This document shows, piece after piece, positions 45,661 through 50,000 of a stretch of DNA of 50,000 nt. A program made the position numbers and the translations under genes. The DNA is taken from contig NC_092652.1 of the NCBI RefSeq assembly GCF_032118995.1, positions 15,638,336 through 15,688,335 of the forward strand. The letters are read 5' to 3'. The notes beneath the pieces were generated by a model. The model was not told where the DNA came from. It saw only the letters and a program-made list of their open reading frames with translations, and searched no databases. Every line of letters begins with the position of its first letter. Within the stretch, counting starts at the first letter, position 1. This DNA comes from Asterias amurensis. Lineage: Eukaryota.

Positions 45661-47118
45661 TAAATAAAAGTGGAAGACACTTTTAAATAAAAGTTTCTTA
45701 CATGCACCAATCCTACTCCTTCAGAAACACAGGAAGCCTCAGCAGCATAGCTACAGGGGAGATGTGGATACCCCCCCCCCCATTTTTAATGCAACACTCA
45801 AAAGGTTAATCAACATCGTAATGCATATTGCAACATAGATAACCACTTTCGGTAGTTTTTATGTTAGCGCAACCTATTGGACAGAATTACTGGTATGAAT
45901 TTTGATTATTATTTTGCCAACCACTTGGCAGAGATTTGTGCTTAGCACAGTAGGTCTTCCTGGGACATAATGAGTCTTCACTTCACAAGGCAAACTGAAG
46001 AAGATTTGCATATTTGCCTCCTCATTGCATTCATAGTTAAATTTAGTGTATGGTAAGAAATGCTTACCAGGAAAACTTGCTAACCCCACCCTCTTTCAGG
46101 TACACCACTGGCCTTACAGACAGGTCAACTCAAGACAAAATGCAAGATTTTTGTTTTAGGATTCCATGTACATAAACCCACAATACAGAATGTAAACCTA
46201 TCCTTGTGGGACCCAGCCACTGCTTCACAATCTGAACCATTTACACACTAAACTGATCATGAATGGTTGTGTACACTTTGATCATCTGATCAACGTCAAA
46301 AGCTATAGAATGTGTACAAAGCTAATTAGGATAAGCATGATGAATGGATTTTTGAATGATTTGAATGATATCAAATGCTCAATCAGTCGGAGGGTTAAAA
46401 CCTCTAAAATGTCACAATTGCACTAAATCGAATGTCATTCTCCAATGTGCCATATTTTTGACCGTGTGAGAGCACTCTCAAATATATTTGTATCACTTCC
46501 GGGGGTACATGTATATTCATTCATACCCATCACAGTTATCAACGACTGAAACACCACTATGGACATCTTATCCACCATGGACAATAACACCTTTAACGGA
46601 GCCGTGACATATTCAACCTTTAAAGCAAATTTGAACTTCGCCGCAACATAAGTGACAGAACGCCCAAAACTGTGCAGGCCGAATCGTGTATACCCCCGGA
46701 AGTGATAATATACTATTGAGAATGCCCTTACACAGTAAAAAAAAAGTTACATTCTTTTGGAATCTAGCATTCATTTTACATTTATTTACCCCTCCACCCC
46801 ACCCCAATTTGATCTACATGTTAATCTGCATCAACTGATATCCCAAATTCCTTTGAGGAATTTTGGTCAGAAAATGATGAAAATATAGGTCAATAAAATC
46901 TCAAAATGTAAAATAAAAAAAATTAAAAAAAATTCTCACCTATGGGTGACTTGAAATAGTTAGACATGAAAATTATTATAAATCGGTTCCGAATATTGTT
47001 AAACATTTCAATAAATAACCAAAAAAGTATTTCACTTGTAAAATTGGACATCATCGAACTCGAAACCCAACCATATCAAAAGTGTTGTTTACTCATTTAT
47101 GTCAGGCCAAATCTTATT

Positions 47119-47140
47119 TGTTGTTGTTGTTGTTGTTGTT
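47119..47140. repeat. (TTG)n / (CAA)n microsatellite immediately 3' of the AGPS stop codon.
   Basis: 'ttgttgttgttgttgttgtt'. Confidence 0.85.
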
Positions 47141-47146
47141 TTTTCT

Positions 47147-47268
47147 TCAGAGCAGGCAATCATTCCCAAAGATATTCTGAGGGTCGAGATGCTTCTTGAT
47201 TGCTCGTAGCGTATCCAAGCCGGGCTGCGAGATGGCTTTTGGCATCCACTGTTTCCGCACCTTACCAA
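47147..47268 (-). CDS. AGPS: AGPS-like terminal coding exon. Translation: (V)GKVRKQWMPKAISQPGLDTLRAIKKHLDPQNIFGNDCLL, then TGA stop.
   Basis: Acceptor tttttttaaccAG|TT on the minus strand, phase 1. The C-terminus matches the AGPS/FAD-oxidase family end '...VGKLRKQW...[25 protein letters not shown]'. The stop is the reverse complement of plus 47147-47149, followed by an (AAC)n microsatellite in the presumptive 3' UTR. Confidence 0.7.
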
Positions 47269-47754
47269 CTGGTTAAAAAAATTGGAAAATTGTGCAATTA
47301 AAAACCATTTCATTTATTAACTCTGGTTGTGAAGCCAAGGACTCTCAGAAAAGGGAAACTTAATCACTGTATTAATTAAGAACCCAAGGAAGAAAAGACA
47401 AGGAAGGAAGTTTCAGCTTTAGATGTGGGAGGAAAACCCCAGAGAATTATTCCAGGATAAACCCACGCAGTCAAGTGGAGACTGAAAGCCTACAGTGCCC
47501 TCGGCATGATTCCACCTGGGATCCTAGAAGTTGAATGCAAGGAAAGATACCATTCCGCCAACCCGGCCACACTTTTATGAGGATGGTTCAAAATATATTG
47601 AACATTTTGAATGTGACTAATATAAAGACTTAAATATTGACTATGAATATGACCAAATTGAGGGCTACAGGTATAGTGCGTTCTGCTTCACCAGCCAAGC
47701 TCCTAGTGGATGATACCCATATCTACATCCTTACAGACTGTGAAAGGTACATGT

Positions 47755-47900
47755 ATCACCCTGTTTCAGCCCCAGGAGTAGATAATAACATGCCCCTAGT
47801 AGCAGTTGATTTGGGTCAACAGTTCAACTTGGTTACGTGCAGCCTTCACCTTGAAGTGCATGGCTGTCTAGCCTTGGGCAAGTGTGTACAACATGTTACT
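47755..47900. repeat. Interspersed repeat family E copy (inside the AGPS intron).
   Basis: 'caccctgtttcagccccaggagtagataataacatgcccctagtagcagttgatttgggtcaacag...gccttcaccttgaagtgcatggctg' versus 33915-34050. Confidence 0.6.
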
Positions 47901-49450
47901 ATACATTCTTCTCTTATGCAGCTAGCGTAGAAATTTGGCGCTTGAACAGTAAGCGAAAAATGATGAGTGCAGAATTGGGCGGTACGCAGAGCCATGAAAT
48001 TGGGCCCAGGTGGTTTTCAGAACTTGATCAATCAAAATTTTATGAAGAATGCTCAAACTTTCTTCAGAGCATACAAATTATGTTAAGTTGTGAAACCATC
48101 AATTCTGATTAAGACCAGTAACTCAATTACTAACAGAGAAACCGCCACGATGACCAAGACCTACCTAGGCATAGCAAAGGTCCCTACTTCGAACAGAGCC
48201 TAAGCATCATATTTGAGAGAAAACAATGTGACGCGGATCTTCAACAGGTAAGTTTGAATTTTATTACCGAATCATCTCTTAGTGGTAAGAAAAGAAGAAT
48301 GATATTTTTACCTCCGTGGTGATGCGATAGACTTCCTCCAAGACCCAAGATCTCGTCCCTAGCTGCAGCCTAGAGGTAGAAATTGAATGAACCGTCTTGT
48401 TAACCCTGTTGTTAACTTGAATTTTGACATAACACATAAAACAAGGGTTGTGAACACAAGGGTTGTGAACACAACACCTGACCACTCCAGCGTGATAAAC
48501 ACATAAAAGCTCTTGTTCAAAGACCAATTCAACAACCTGTATTATCAACTTCACAATGTTTTACAGCCAATTTAAGTTTTTTGCTCATTTGTCAACGCTA
48601 AATTATTTCAGCAGTCTGTAAGAGAGACATGTCTTTCTATGATCATGATCATGGAGAATGCTTGAAATTAGTGAACAAAAATCTTTATAATTTGATAAGA
48701 ATTTTTTTTAAATCATTTATCTTGTTATCATTATTAGACAAATTCATAACTTTTTCAGAGATGAATGTCACAAATCAAAGGATACACCCTGTATTAGCAT
48801 TTTGCACTAATGACGACACTTTTGCTCAAAAAATCAGACAAACTTTTCACCACTCATGTAAGCAATCACAAAATTTGTGTGCACTAAACTGCAGTAGTAA
48901 TCAGTGTGTCAGACTGCAGCAGTACAGTACACACAAGTCAACATAAACCACTGCCAATGGCTTGGACATGAATGCTCTCCGAGATCCCGCTACTTGCATT
49001 ACTTCACCATAAATGTAGTTAGCTTCCATTTTTTGGGCAGAGTGCTAGTTACCCATCATTTGGCTTTTTTAGGGGGACATTTTGTTTACAAAAGAGTCCT
49101 ACTCTCCCACTATGTATGACATAGCTTTTCTCTCCACTTATTTATTTTCTTTTGTCGTCTTCAGTTAGCCTGGTTTAACATTCTTTGTATTTTGTCGTCA
49201 GTATTTTGTATTGTCATTGTGTAATTGTCTTGCCCTTGTTTCTTCTTCGATGTTTATTTGTTTGTTTTTGGTTGGTTGTGTGTTTTCTTGTCTGTATAAA
49301 GACTGTTGTCTACAAGCCACGGCTTAACTAACAGCCTTAACTAACATAGTTAATTCCTAGTTATTAATTTATTATTTGCTTTTAGATTATATTGTTTTTT
49401 TGGTATAATTTAATGCACTTTAGATTTTTAAAATTTCTATGTACTGTTTA

Positions 49451-49834
<384 letters not shown>

Positions 49835-50000
49835 TCAGGGAGGATAGTTTTGTTTATGCAAGTCGCCAGACACACAAGTCATGAAGGCCACTTTAAGGTG
49901 TGGGCTACAATTATTTTTTTGCCAGGGGCCATTGCTACCGACTCCTAGGGCTGAAACAGGGTTCCCCCATTTACAGTCCATACGGATGTAGACTTGGGTC

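Overview
This window is metazoan (animal) nuclear DNA, not a prokaryotic locus. It is AT-rich and repeat-dense, and the only long open reading frames are spurious runs across repeats, so no operon, CRISPR array or defence island can be supported. I found no candidate for an undescribed biological system. Three spliced protein-coding genes can be partly reconstructed by recognising conserved peptide segments and canonical GT/AG splice sites.

- **PCTP/STARD2-like gene, + strand:** a complete phosphatidylcholine-transfer-protein gene with 6 coding exons, from the ATG at 14963 to the TGA at 26103-26105, about 217 aa.
- **RAB29 (RAB7L1)/RAB32/RAB38-family small GTPase, - strand:** exons 1-3 found at 39446-39335, 38557-38486 and 34295-34114. 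The exons encoding the NKxD motif onward through the C-terminus were not located. If the direct exon 2-3 join is correct, the catalytic switch-II glutamine is replaced by threonine.
- **AGPS-like gene (alkyl-DHAP synthase), - strand:** the 3' end is present, with a penultimate-type exon at 49778-49675 and the terminal exon at 47268-47147 (stop at 47149-47147). An intervening small exon encoding about 17 residues is expected but was not found.

Most of the remaining sequence is interspersed repeats:

- A large MITE family (A) of about 375-385 bp with 25-bp terminal inverted repeats 'AAAGGCAGTGGACACTATTGGTAAT' and an internal palindrome, present in at least 15 copies or fragments.
- A related family (B) with a homologous terminal repeat, in 3 copies.
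- Several tRNA-derived SINE-like elements, some tandemly duplicated.
- A 5'-truncated, decayed LINE reverse-transcriptase fragment nested inside a family-A copy.
- Foldback elements and a roughly 230-bp near-perfect hairpin.
- A 1-kb satellite array with a 118-bp higher-order periodicity.
- Microsatellites and recurrent G-homopolymer tracts.

A CpG-richer segment at about 30100-31500 carries CCAAT and TATA-like motifs and nested palindromes. It may be a promoter, but no flanking first exon could be established.
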